Of a stretch of 53,501 nt of DNA, positions 1 through 13,361 are shown piece by piece. Position 1 is the first letter of the stretch. Each line of letters begins with the position of its first letter. The notes under the pieces were generated by a model. That model was not told where the DNA came from, did no database searches, and worked only from the letters and a program-made list of their open reading frames with translations. Origin of the DNA: Bigelowiella natans CCMP2755 (lineage: Eukaryota; Protista; Cercozoa); contig ADNK01002148.1 in the NCBI GenBank assembly GCA_000320545.1, forward strand, positions 1-53,501. Direction: 5' to 3'. The translations under genes were made by a program, and so were the position numbers.

Positions 1-41
1 CCTCATATTATAGATGTATATATATATATATATATATATAC

Positions 42-81
<40 letters not shown>

Positions 82-197
82 TGATTGCTCCTACGACATG
101 GTTAGTTTTCTCTCTTTTGCACCATAATTCTCACCACTACCACCAATCACAGCTAGTAGCAAAAAGCACTGCCGCATCCATACACTTACGCTTACAC

Positions 198-265
<68 letters not shown>

Positions 266-829
266 ACAAGAAAAACTGGCATCTCTACTACCGCCGTGGT
301 CAATTCTGATGAGAGCGGGGATGGTTTGCACGCCGAGCCTGTCCTCAACTCCTGATGATGATGACGATGATGATGCGTAGCGAAAACAGGTAGAAACGAT
401 ATGAAGCAGGGGGAAACATAGAAGAAAGAGAGGGTGAAATGAAAGATAAGATCGAAGATTGTTTGAGAAGAGAGAGGTGAGTGTGTGTGTGTGTGTGTGT
501 GTGTGGTCCATGGTAGTTCTGTGGCCGCGAAAACTCATTAAGGAAGATAAAAACTCAACGGGGAACATATGGCTACGCATCTTCTTCTTCTTCTTCTTCT
601 TCTTCTTCTTCTTTCCTCCGATCTTCTCCAATTCGACTTTCACTTTCATCAGTCGTGCCCATCATCATCATCATCATCATCATCATCATTGTTGTTGTTG
701 TTGTTCTTACGATATGGATGGGTTGCATTGCCACAGAACTTCTTTTGGGAGACTGGGAGCTTGAGGAGCGCAGTACTGAGAGGAGATGATGAAGATGATG
801 ATGATGATGATAACAATAATGTAGCATAC

Positions 830-865
<36 letters not shown>

Positions 866-1210
866 CTATACGTAGACGTATTCTAGGCTATATCTTCCCC
901 CTCTTCTTCTAGTAATCTCTAAAATCTTCTAATCCCCAAAATACTACCACCACTACTGCAATATCGTCGTACCTGCTGTTAAACGCTTTGACCTTTTCCT
1001 CGACGATTGGGATGGCTCTTTCACATCCAGGACACCAACTCTTTCCTATTTATTATTATTTATTTTATTTATCACAAAGAGCGGTGAGGGAAAAACCGAA
1101 GAATCATTAACAGGATATGCTCCCAAAATGGCTGTTACTACACACCCTGAGAGCTACTATCACATTTTGTTAGTGCGAGATGTTTGTTGTCAATGATTTC
1201 TTCTGTTGTC

Positions 1211-1251
<41 letters not shown>

Positions 1252-2074
1252 ACACTGCCTTTCGTAGTTGTAGTACCATCTTTGTCTGAGATCTCCCCGT
1301 ACACGAAGACAAAGCGGTGCTTGGCCGATATTCGCAAGAAATTATCCAGTGTGTCGTCCTGGAAGGGAAGGGATGCGGTACAGACGTCGCTACTATTAAT
1401 GAACGATGTCTTGTGATTGTGTGAGGGGTGTAAAGTTACGTTTCGCGTTGGCTGCGGAGAGAGCAGCATACCTTGAATTCTGACTCTTTCACTTCCACGA
1501 TGCTTTTCATAAATCCAGTGGCCTTCACCTTCCCTCCGCTGCTGCTATTTGCCGCTTTCGAGGAGGGGGAGGAGGAGGAGGAGCTCGACGGGGTGTGAAG
1601 AGCTGAGGAAAGGTGATGATGGAACGATATAATCAAATAAATAATCAGCAACCGGTTGATGATGAGTAGGATGATCACTTGTAACGCATTCATTATCAGG
1701 AGCAGCATCCTCAAAGACGTCGTGATCGACATCATGAGGGGTTGCTTTTATCATCAACATCATCAATATCATCATCATCATCATCATCATCAACATCGTC
1801 AATATCAATATGTTGTTGTTATTTATTAGTGGCAGCACATCCATCCGGTGTTGCAGCAGTTACTTACTGCTGACCACTACCTACCTCGCTTAAGATCGTC
1901 ATATGATGCTCGGTTATTTGCCATGTGGGCCTTCACGGTGTTTCCTGATCATAATTAGCCACGAAGCAGCACGCATGCTTGTCAATGACGAGAAAGACAC
2001 ACAAGAATAAAGAGGAAGATAACAACAATTAACAGCCGGTTTCTTGCCGCAATATTGGCTTATTTTCCCTCTTC

Positions 2075-2122
<48 letters not shown>

Positions 2123-3053
2123 CCTTTCCTAACCTAAAGATTGCCTCCAGAAGAATTTCTCCTTGGTTACGCTTTCACGCTTATGCGCTGTTTTCATGTT
2201 CTCGTCAACTAATCAAAATGATGATCGCGATGATGATGTGCCGAATTACAAACAACAATGCATGATAGAGGAAAGCAGAGCCTATCAAGACGACCACTAA
2301 CTACCTTTGGATATCGGGATGTAAAGGTTCAGCCTGAAGGCCAAGATTGCACGCGAAACGAGAGCGATAAATACGGTGAAGGCCGCGTTCTCAAAGTCGG
2401 TTATTTGAACCTATAAGAGGGAGCGTGAGTGACGATCGATGCCTTTTTTGAATTGGCTACTACGCTGTGTCGCGCAACTGATAAATGAAATACTTGCAAG
2501 CAAGTACCCAGTATGTACGTACCTCCATTGTTCTAAATTCCACCCGCCAACCGATCTTATCACTTGGTGGGGGCTTGAAGCGCACAGACTGCCAATTGGT
2601 GCTCTAAGCAATATTAAAAGTGTGTGGATGATGGGGGCTATGATGGTAAGGGACATGGTTGAAGACGTATTATTAGATTATTCGTTTGGCCGGCTGGGAT
2701 CTTTCAAGGCATGCACGTTGCTGCCGTCCAACACGTATCATCATCATCACCATCACCATCATCATCACCAGTAAGCACACTCTGATAAACACGACCATCT
2801 CCCTCCCTCTCGAAATAATAATAGCGATACGTGAAGGACACGCTGTCAAGGTATTGCCGCTGCTGCCACCACCACCAGCAGCAGCAGCAGCAGCACTACC
2901 ACCGCCATCAGTAGCAGCACCTGTATGTTCTCGAAGTGGTCGACGTCCTTCGAATCATCGATCTCGATCCTGCAACAACAACAACAACAACAACGAGGAG
3001 GAGGAGGAGGAGGAGGAGGAGGAGGAGGGGGAGGGGGAAAAGGGGGCACAGGG

Positions 3054-3088
<35 letters not shown>

Positions 3089-4611
3089 GGTAATGGTGAC
3101 GATGGAGGGAGGGAGTCGTTCATCATGCTGATGATGTGGTGGTCAGCAACGACGTTATTCGGGGTAGTAGTGATGATGATGATGATGATGATGATGATGG
3201 TGAAGATGATGATGATGGTAATGATCACGAAGAGAGAGGATACTCAACATAACAGATGATGAGAAATGAAAGACAATGAAAGACAACACATATCAATGTC
3301 TTCATTTATGCTGTTGACTATTTCTCTTCCAGTACAAGTAATCCTCACCCCACCACAGCCCAAACTAGCACCTGTTCTCATAGATTACGAGGGGGTCGCG
3401 TATCCACAAATGGGAGACGTGCTTGGCCAACACCTGAAACAATCCATTTCCACAACGATCATAAATCGAAGATAAATCCTTCCCAAGATCACAGATATCA
3501 TCACCATCATCATCATCATCATCATCATCATCATGACAATATATAAATCAAGAAAGTCAGAGCACAACGCAACGAAGACAATACCGACGATTCAACTCCG
3601 AAGATGAAACAAATTGCAATCTAATACTGAGGAAAGTGAGACTTTTCGCACACCTTATCGACGCCTTCTTTGACCAACCGCTCATATGTTTTCCTACAAC
3701 AACGATGGTGGATATTAAGGCCTTTGTAGTAGTAGTAGTAGTGGGACTACTACTTCTTCGCATTATAACTAAGCTTGAATTTACATCTTCTAATAGTACT
3801 ATCTACTACTTGTCATATTCAAGATCCTCCAAATCGTTGTACTTGGACTTGAAATACCCACTTGATCTACGAAGAAGAAGAAGAAGAAGTAAGATGTGGA
3901 TGAGCTTTTGTTTTCAGCAAATTGAGTCTCACGCCATAGCTTCCTTCCTAGTGCCAACAACAATCCACAATCTATTTTACTCGGTGCTTCTTCTTTTCCT
4001 CTTCATCATCATCATTATTTCCTCCATCATGACACACACGCGTAAGCAACGATGAACTCACTCTTCTCCGATGTAGCAGCTTATCGAATCGTATCTATTG
4101 ACAGTAGTGGGGGTGGGGTGCGACAACCAAAGAATCAACGAATCCGAGCCAATCAACAACTCCTTGATCAACCAGCAAAGCATGTGTATGATTCTTCCTC
4201 TTTCACACCCCCCCCTTCCAATCCTTTCCATCTCGTAGCGGTAGGTCGTACCTGCTTTTGGCAATCTTCTGGCTCTTATCTCCATTCTCACCACGCTCTG
4301 TGATAGTTCGTGGGGTGTCATCATGATGCAAGCATTACCACCACCACCACCACCATCAATATACACCATGTGTATGTAGTAGTTCGTAATAATACCGCTC
4401 GGAGTCCTGTCGTCAACGGATTGAGAGATGACTGACCAGCGTACGTCAGTGTCTGGAGAGAAAGGTTGCATCATCGTCGAAAGGGAGGAAGGAGAAACAC
4501 TCGAATCCAAATAATTAGCTACTCAACGTTTTATTTTGCATATACATTTACGTGGGCGTGACACCAACTGTCAGGTGCGTGCTTTCAGCCGCTTTGCATG
4601 CCACCGACGTT

Positions 4612-4645
<34 letters not shown>

Positions 4646-4799
4646 CCATCATGGTCCCTTCCTCATCAGGCTAACCAAGGCTAGGATATGCTCTATTTTC
4701 CATCTATCGTTGTAGTGGCCACACACACCTGCAACCCTCCCGCGGTAAAATGGAGTTGCCGCAGAGAGCGAAAGCATGATCGGGCCTAGCACAGCTGGG

Positions 4800-4831
<32 letters not shown>

Positions 4832-4960
4832 GATTATTACAGACACCACAAAAAACGGGGCACAGCAATCATGAGGAGATCGGATTGAAGCGAAGTATGA
4901 TGAAGACGAGATGCAACGCACATCCTCATTTTCAACCCCTTCCCCCCCCCCCTCCGAGCG
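1..4960. repeat. Dense intronic microsatellites ((TA)n, (CA)n, (CTG)n, (CTT)n, (CAT)n, (GGA)n, (CAA)n); similar fields at about 19500-23720, 30560-33920, 35630-38020 and 40410-43420
   Basis: Directly visible; they account for most poly-amino-acid ORFs in the track. Confidence 0.95.
292..1358 (-). other. TRP14/TXNDC17 (DUF953)-like thioredoxin domain inside the GCLC reading frame; active site WCPGC at 1023-1037
   Basis: Exons 1358-1277, 1045-973, 775-711 and 351-292 splice to [73 protein letters not shown]. This matches the TRP14 pattern F..F.G..D..GKSWCPDC..A.P.V / R....L....VPTL. Confidence 0.85.
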
Positions 4961-6818
4961 CCGGTATTGCATTACCGAGATGGTCGTAGAGATTGCGCGC
5001 CTCTTCCAGGTTTCTCGCAAGAAACGTCACCTATCCATCGTATCATTTTGATGGTGTGAAGTTCCAAGAATCATATGTTCCGATAATATACATTATCATT
5101 GCAGCCGACTAGTGACCTGTAGGCAGCAGCATCCCATTCCGAACGCCATGGCGTCCATATGGATCTGTGATTCACCCTGCACAATGTCCACAAGCCATTT
5201 TCTTATCATGCAACGCACAGCTGATCATCGACGCCAAACTTAAGAGAAGAAACAACACCACAGAGAAACGTGTGGAAGTCTTTAGCTGAATTACCTTCTT
5301 TGTATTTTTGTCTTTAAACAAGGGCACGCGAATATCGACCTTTAAATGTATATTATGATGCATAAAGGGTCATCATGGGAGATGAGAAAAAACGACAGTT
5401 TCCGGGATAAAAATGCAGTAATGAATTTTCGCGTGTGATCACTCGATTTCTCCCTCCCCGTGTGTCTAATACATTTTTTGCGTCAAAAACTCATACATTG
5501 GCAAGAAATTTTTGCAATAATCTACATTTTATCTCTCGTATTTGTTTACCTTCGATCCTCTTCTCGTTCTGATATTTTCCGTGAGAGTTGCAAAGCGCGG
5601 ATGGGGATTGATGAGTTCGTCAGGGACATACTGAGACTTAGCTACAGGACCTACGAAGAGAAAGGTGAACGATGACTCAACAGTTGTTGTGCTTATTGCT
5701 ATGGAGGTCATAGAAATTAGGAACAAAGGGGGATGCGGTGCCGAAACCACGTATAATACCACACCAACAAACACCTTACCGTGAATAATCGTGTTTCCAC
5801 TAATACATACTTCTATTTTGATGTTAAACCTCCCATTGAAAACTGATCAAAAACATTTCGTTCAGAACAATACCGTTTGGCTTGTAGGAAGGTGTAGCGA
5901 AGTCTCCGTCTCCCATCAAAGGATACGTGGTCATTGTAGAATAAATTTCCTGGCACAAGTAATGAATACACGGCAGTCATGCACGAGACAAAGATCCTGC
6001 TCTGCTCCAGCTATCTCAGTTTCATTATTTCTACCAATAGGCATTTTATATTATAATCATCCATCCATACGACTAATCTTTACGCACCCCTGGTTTGGTA
6101 AACTTCTTGATCTTCTCTCTTCGCACGCGCATGTTCGCCTCGACACATCGCAGGTCGCGCGTGTAGCCACCGTAGGGACCACTTGGCGTAGTTTCGATCA
6201 TAAACCGTCCATACTAAGGTGCCATATTCCCCCCACAACATATCAGTGCAAGTCTCTGAGGGGAAGATCCTCAAATTGATTTTGAACGTGAATCTATATA
6301 TTTTAAAGACCTCTGGGTGGAAGATCACAGAGGGAGGACACGTGCCGCACCCTGCCTTCTCTTCGGCCTGAAATTACTTGATGTTTCAGTCACATAATCA
6401 AATAGAATAATACCAACAGTGTTTGACCTCTTTCTCTGCCTCTGCCTCCGCTACCTCCAACTTTTGGAGAATCTTGTTATAAAGTATGATTATCATGATG
6501 TAATGATGTTCCAAGACTGTCTCAAAGCGTTACCTCCGCCCCGTTTAGGGAAAGCTTTACCGCCTTCTTCCCGTCTTTTATCTCGGTTTTGACCAGGAAT
6601 CCTTCGACTTCATCCCCCCTGTAAGGCCACGATAGTTTTAAGTAAATTCAATACGTGGTCTGTTGATGTGCGAGGTACCAAAGGAAATCGAGGTCCTCCC
6701 TGCCTTGATTCTTCTTCAGTATATTCAAAAATTGTGTGATCCCATGCTCCCGAACGTAGGCCCGATGCTTCTCGCTCTGCTTCCAGCTCAAAGGCTTCCC
6801 CTTGACCAAGAACCCCAT
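292..6818 (-). CDS. GCLC: Glutamate-cysteine ligase catalytic subunit (animal/yeast type), multi-exon, with in-frame TRP14-like thioredoxin domain; 3' end lies beyond the window start
   Basis: Phase-consistent GT-AG exons from ATG 6818 give [22 protein letters not shown]|[62 protein letters not shown]|[54 protein letters not shown]|[24 protein letters not shown]|[21 protein letters not shown]. These are the conserved motifs of eukaryotic GCLC/GSH1. Confidence 0.96.
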
Positions 6819-7855
6819 GGATTTGGATTCTTAAACTTGCCGCTGAGCTTTCCTGAAATTCTGAATTCTGCAAGTCTTCGATGCTAAGTCGCTTGCATTC
6901 CGATTCTTCCCGCCATAAATTGTTTAAGATTTTAGTCCGACGACAACTCCTGATGCGTTTCGTTTTTACCGAAAATGCTCTGGCTTGGGATGTCGTACAT
7001 GCAACACAAATTTGATTTCTTTTCCGAGTTCACAGAGAAGCCTGAAATTTTTTCAGAAAAATGCTTTCTCGTTGCCGCCAGAGTCTGCTTCCTTAGGTTC
7101 CGAACTGTTTGAACAACGAAGAGCGAAGGTTGATATTCTTTGCGAACTTCTTGAGCTTGGTATTATTTTGTTTTGTACGATCCGATTTTTGTCATACGAA
7201 AGCATCTGCAAAGGAAACCGAAGGAAGCAAAAGTGTTCAGACTTTTCTGTAAGACTTTAGAATAATTTTGAATTTGGAGACAGATCGAAGTGCATGCGTT
7301 GCATCTTGTCGTCATGATAAAATGGTGTTTAGGACTTTCAAAGACTTTCTTTAGATTAATTCAAGGGCCTAAATAAGATCTTAAATTAAATCCCAACCAT
7401 TCTTCGTGGATGTATAGTGCGCGACAAAATAAAAAATTTCATACTGAGAGGAAATGAATCTTCTGCAGCCAGGAACTTCAATTCGGATTGAGATGCCGTG
7501 AAAAGAGGGAATGGCAGGATGGAATTTTTCCTCGTGGCGGTTTTTAAATTGAGGTATCATTTTGTCAGGTCGCACAACATCACTTCCCTGAGACTCCTGA
7601 TACTGCATTCGACTGCTCATCTACACGCAATCTGATTCCTGTCGAATTTGAAAAGATCTACCCTTGGGGGGGCAGGTTGGATTTGTACGAGACTGTTTCT
7701 GTACTGCAGTTTAGCCCTTTTTATCCTTACCCAATCAATAATTTGATGCAGCAGAAACTAAAAATGCTATGAAACAAATATGAAGCGGATGATCCATTAA
7801 ATAATTATTGAACAGACACCTGGGAATATCCATCTCAGAAAATTACTTGGTAATC

Positions 7856-10800
7856 ATGGAAGCTCGCTCTTTCAACCCAGCCGTGAACCCAGTTCAGATC
7901 CTATGCTACACAGGGTTTGGGTCATTCATCTTTGGAACATGTACTTTGTATTGGTTCATGGATAGGCCAGTTATTGGGAAATCAGAGGACACTCTCGCCT
8001 TCTGGCGAATAGTGAACTTGAGAGGATTCCTTGTCTCTCAGGGGGTGCGAGGAAAATTGTTAACAAAAGAAATGACACGCTTCAGCTTGAAGAACGGGCA
8101 CGTATGGTTCTCAGTCTTCCTACGCCACCCTGGAGACTACATGACGTCAGTCAAGCGATGGACAGTACTAATCACCTTCCTCTTCATCTCCCTGACTATA
8201 TCTTCCATCGTGATCGGCTGGAGAAAGGGATATTATTTTAGTAGTCTATTCTGGTTTCCAGTGAGCATTGTGGTGACGCTACTTGGCCTTCCAGTACCGG
8301 GGCTCCTCATGCTGTTCTTCCGTCGACAAATGCCACAATACTCGAAGATTGAAAATAACTACGGAGCAACACTATCAGCATTTCTTTCCTTCTCATGGAT
8401 ACGGCACCTCATAATGGGCCCTGATAAGAAAGCGAAAAAGGGGGCGAGAGAGATTGACCTAAATGCCATGTCGTCCGGAAACATTGCTGTCAAAATAAAC
8501 TCTGGTCTGCCTGAGCTACCTACCTTTGACGAGGATGCGATTAAGTTTTTGGTCGTAAATAACATAGCAGTACTACAAATATAGCTGTAACCGAAGCAAA
8601 AATTTCTCGTTGATATTACGAGTAACAATTGAATATTAATTGTTTAGATGGACCACCCTAGCGTAGACGAACGGATGCGCGCACAAGCGAGGGCTTTCGG
8701 CGAGCATTACTCCCCACAGGTTGGTTGTCGAGAGCACCTTTTATTATTAATCTACATCCTTTAAGTCATCACATGGTTTAGGGGCATAAATCTAACAGTA
8801 CTTTCTCACCTATTCACTTGGTTTTTACCCAGAAACGAGATTCTCGCCCCGATCAGAGCGTGAGTGCAGATTTTATGAAGAAGAATATCCGGCCTAAGCT
8901 TACCAGTAAGATCCAACTTTTAAAGCAGACTCGAAACCCTTCAGGGGCCTTGGCGGGAGTTGCACGCACTGGCGCTGCTAGTGGCAATATCAACAACGGT
9001 GGGCCTACTCCAACTGTCAGCGAGAGTGAAGATGATAAATTCTATAAGAGAAAGACGAATGCCAACTACGCTTCTACTCCCGTACCTCTCAACGAGTCGC
9101 TAAGAGGGCAAATCGACATTGATGCTTCAGGTAGCATCAAAAACGCAGAGCCCAAGCATAAGGTATAAGAGAGATTAACACTCGAAGAATTGTGGAAGTA
9201 TAAATTCAATTCGCAGGAAGTAATAACCTGTCCTCTATAATTTCTGAAATGCATAGATCTCAAATATATATGTGTATGTGTGCAAACTTTTTCATAAATT
9301 TTGTCTTTGCTCTGCTGATATCTACAGTCACGATTACTGAGTTCACTCTCCACCCTCATCCGGATGCCGATTGAGGAGGAGATAATCAAAAGGTCGGGCC
9401 TGAAGGAGGGGCAACACAGCGATTGGAGGCTCACTACTCTCAAACTCAAATCATCCTCAATAACGGATGGGCTGCAGAGCGACGCAACTACAACGAAAGG
9501 GAATAAGGCCAGGGAATTTATTACGTTACCACCTGAGAGCTGGGAATACTCAAGACAGGATATTGTGGCTGTTTCTGGATGTTTTGTGGTCATGTTTGGG
9601 TGCTGGTTAGCCATCACAGCCATCGACTCAAACAATGATCATAATCGGCAGGATCGTGTTCTCTGGCTTACTTTTGTTGTATTTCTGGAAGATATATTGC
9701 TTCGAGCGCTTTTCTTACATCTACGCGAATCGTGGTTATTTTTCCCATTCGAAGAAAGTAATAGCGCTTGGAAGCATTGCTGCTGTTGTCTCCCGGGCCC
9801 GCTGAATATTAGCGGAGGCGACGAAGAAAATGAAGGAAAACTTCAAGAGGGGGGCATCTATGTTACCTTCAAGGCGAATAAAATTGGATTCCGGTAATGA
9901 TGATGGCTCTTTCGCTGGAGCACATATGTACCTACTTCAGATACTTGCTATCCACTGTATTTTCTCCCATGATTTTTAGAAATGTTTTCTCGAAATTTTG
10001 AACAAGGTTTTTGAACCGTCGCGTGTGCAAAGTGGAACCGGGATCCCAAGCCGAGGAAAAGGGCGTTCGAGTCGGATGGAAAATAGAGTCCGTTATGGAC
10101 CGCCCCATTAAGAATGACGAGGAGGCTTTTGAGCAGATCCAGCGGGCTCATCGACTCCACGATGAGTTTGAGATTCAATTTGCCCCACGCATGCATTTGG
10201 ATATGAGCACACTGAAACAGGAAAACGAGGTGGAGGTCCTCAATGTAGTTGTCGATGTATTCAAAGATCCGTATTGGAATGGAGGTAGAACAGCCAAGAA
10301 AAAGATGAAGCAGCCCCTCCGGACTGATATGGACCGTTTCAACTTTGCAAACGATCTAGAGTTTCATATCCCAAACGACGATGCCAGAGAAACTGGGGCG
10401 AGCAGACGACTACAACAACAACAACAACAACAACAACACTTGCGACAAAAAGCAGGATACCAATTGAATGAAACTGCAGGATTAGGAGGAAGACCAAGAC
10501 AGAACGAAACAGAAGCCCCCCGTCGCAACAGTGCCAGTACTGTTATCACCACCGTCGGCAGTGGGAGGAACAACAGCAATGCCATTAGCACCATCAGCAG
10601 TATAAAACAAATTAAAGAAGAGGGTTCACGAACGTCTATCCTGCCAGTGATCGATAAAGGAGGCCAACGACATTCCAGCAGCCTCTCATCAGAGTAAGTC
10701 GTTGATGCTGGCGGTTGTGAAGTATGCATAATGTTGTCACCTGCACACAGTGTAATAACACATACCCTTGACCTTTCTATGCAATTTCCCATTCATCCTG

Positions 10801-12414
10801 TCTATTTTTCTACGAAGGAGCTGGAAGCAGCTGCGAGCAGAAAGAGGACCCTCGACTTCATCTTTGTTTCCGGACGAGAGGAAAGACGCGAAAGTGTGCC
10901 GAACAGAGAACGATCTGATGAACTTCAAATATCTAGCTGCCCCTGCATATCGTCTTCAAAGGCAAAGGGAGCAAGAGGCTTTCATTTCAGCTCTGAAAGG
11001 GTCCCCTTTGCAGGGATATTTCCCTTTTTTTATCTGAACTTTCGCGTTGTTGATTCCCTTTCTAGTACGTACATTTAGACACCCGTCATCCCGTGAAGAT
11101 GTCTGATTTTCTCCTGGCAGGAACAACATGGTACTTACCCCTCAGCCGAGGAGTGGCGCTATGAGTAGGGCAAGGCACACTCTTCCTCCCACCATCCGCT
11201 CAATGATGCTAGTTGATCTCTCCCCGAAACCTAAAAAACTGAAGAAGAGAAGAAGACGCACTGCGCCGCCTAAAACTCTGTCGAAGGCCTTCCGAGACTT
11301 CCACCGCCTGATCTTGTTCGCGAGGTATTAGTTCTAGCAGTTGCGTGTCAGTTAATGTAGTGGCTGAAGAGTGACGGTGTCACTGGTAGCGGTAATAGTA
11401 GAAGTGCCTGTGCTAAAATATCAAGCTAATATCTTCTCCTCCTCCTCCTCCTCCAGCTTCCCCTCATGATGCCCCTTATGATGATGTCTCTCTTATGTCA
11501 GAAAAGAGGCTATCCAAGTGGGCCAATTTTCCCCGCGACCCTCTTCGAAGAAAAGCAGTTATCTTGAGGATCAGCACATGCATCAAATTACCACGAATCC
11601 TTTCCCACAGCGCGGTAGTTTTAAGGACGTGCCACAAAGTCGCACCTGCAACAGCAAGGCTAAGGGGAGGAAGAGGGGGGGTGTTCAAATTGCAGCGGCT
11701 GTAATCGCTGAGAACAGAAACAGATTGGATGATGGAATACATGACATAGCTTTGCTGAATGATGACAACGATAAGAAGAAAACCAGGATTCTGAACTCTG
11801 GAGGAATGGACACCAAGCATATGCAAAATATGCAACGGAAGCAGTATGATGATCGTCTTCATGTTGGATACAACAGCACAGAAGCCTTTGAAACAACAAC
11901 GAAAAAGTGCGAGGAGATAAAGGATGGGAAGAAGCTGAGAGTCGTGATGAATGAGGAAGCGCCATGTAAGTCGAAGATGTCACATCACCAGGACCTGAAA
12001 TTGATCAAGCCGGGCCATACTACTATCCCGATTATCGCTAAATCGGCAGGTTTGCTACTAAAAGAGAAGAGATTTCACGAAGACGACGCGAACAATGCTA
12101 CCCCTGCGGTAAGGAAAACAAGCACGGCAATTATGATTTCTTTGCCTGCCGGTCAGATTCTTCGCAGTTTAGGCAGCATAGGCAGTGGTATTGCTGTCGG
12201 CAATCCAGAGAATAATCCGACCAATCAACAGAAACCCCAAAAGAAAATTAATCTAAAAGCAAACCATGAGACGAAGAGGAAAAAAAACAAGTGGTACAGA
12301 GTGCAAAAGAGTAAGTACCAGAGAAGGGGGCCTGGGGGAAGGCTTAAGCCGCTCAAGCCGGTCAATTTAAGCGATTCCTATTCCGATGACAACGACGATG
12401 TTCAGGAACACTGA
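7856..12414 (+). CDS. Multi-pass membrane protein with polycystin-1-like TM segment, a PDZ domain and a long low-complexity basic tail
   Basis: Large exons visible as ORFs 7808-8584, 8818-9168, 9364-9897, 10011-10697 and 11518-12414. HVWFSVFLRHPGDYMTSVKRWTVLITFLF resembles the PKD1-family H.W.S.F.R....FTRVQR.T segment. GGIYVTFKANKIGF..VCKVEPGSQAEEKGVRVGWKIESV is PDZ-like. The 3' exon joins are less certain. Confidence 0.6.
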
Positions 12415-13361
12415 CAAAGCGCTAAATGTAATGTTTCTGGAAGATCATGGATATGAAGAAGCATAGAGAGCGGAATGAATTTCGAACTATTTATTTGCGG
12501 TAGGAAAAGATAAGATGAGCGATGCGAAGCTGCGGCTACAGCGCTCAAATTGTACTTGTTCGTTTCTGCATCACAATGTGTGTCTCTCCGTCGTGCCTGC
12601 ATGCTAGCGTGTGGGAAGAGTGAGGAGTCAAAGAATGTACGATGCTGGGCGGCACGTTTGCATCCCACATGTTCGTCTACGCTAGACATTTGCATTGCGT
12701 ACTGTGTCTCTTAGTTAATTGTCCTACTAGGAAAGCTATTCCCTCTCAGCGCTACGTGCTTGAAGCTCATTCATTTTTCATTTCTAATATAAACAGCTTC
12801 ACACATGCTAGCATGTGCATGCATTTAGACATTATCATACTTGTGTCTAGATGTGTCGAATTAAAAATGGTTGCAAATGGAAGCGCCACGCATGTGTTCC
12901 TCGTGCATTGAAGAAAATGTAATTTAGTGCAATGCAACTATATTTTTGGAGGATATGTACAATGTAATCATTTCAACTTATCATACAACTTCAACAAGAT
13001 CGACTTTTGACTTGCAAGCAACTTGCAGGAAATTTTTGTCGCGATTTAATTCAAGTTCGTTGATTTTTTACTATCATAATTTTTCCTTTTATCGGAAAGT
13101 GCATTTCTTCATTCTCAGACTAATCTGATGCCAGGGGAATGTCCACGTCGCTTTAATGCTTGATTTTCATATTTAAGTTAGTTTCATTAATCTTGGTGGA
13201 TTATGACAAGAACCCAGACTGTGTGTTAATTTCCACAGCGCAATCCTTTTTGTCTGCGCAGATCATCATATTTGATGCTAAGGTTTCAATTGCATGGATC
13301 CAATTTAGAGCTTTTAATCTTTAGCCAGTAGCCGTAGTTTGCATCATTCTGCGTTATTCAT

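Noticed and set aside
200-870. Many SSRs have similar lengths near 30 nt, suggesting a biological length ruler
   Set aside because: Longer runs exist (e.g. about 47490-47536), and short-read assembly collapse could produce the same pattern; not decidable without reads.
48-3567. Many ORF-track entries with poly-H, poly-M, CVCV or poly-S tracts, here and throughout the window
   Set aside because: They are translations of intronic microsatellites; the real exons are short and lie between them.
6214-6216. Apparent in-frame TAG just before YGRFMIE in GCLC, suggesting stop-codon recoding or a pseudogene
   Set aside because: It is the intron acceptor (ttag|TAT). The preceding exon ends ..FHPE|gt, which restores the conserved PEYG motif.
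6830-7800. Possible extra gene or N-terminal extension between GCLC and the membrane protein
   Set aside because: No consistent spliced ORF or recognisable motif; treated as divergent promoter/UTR.
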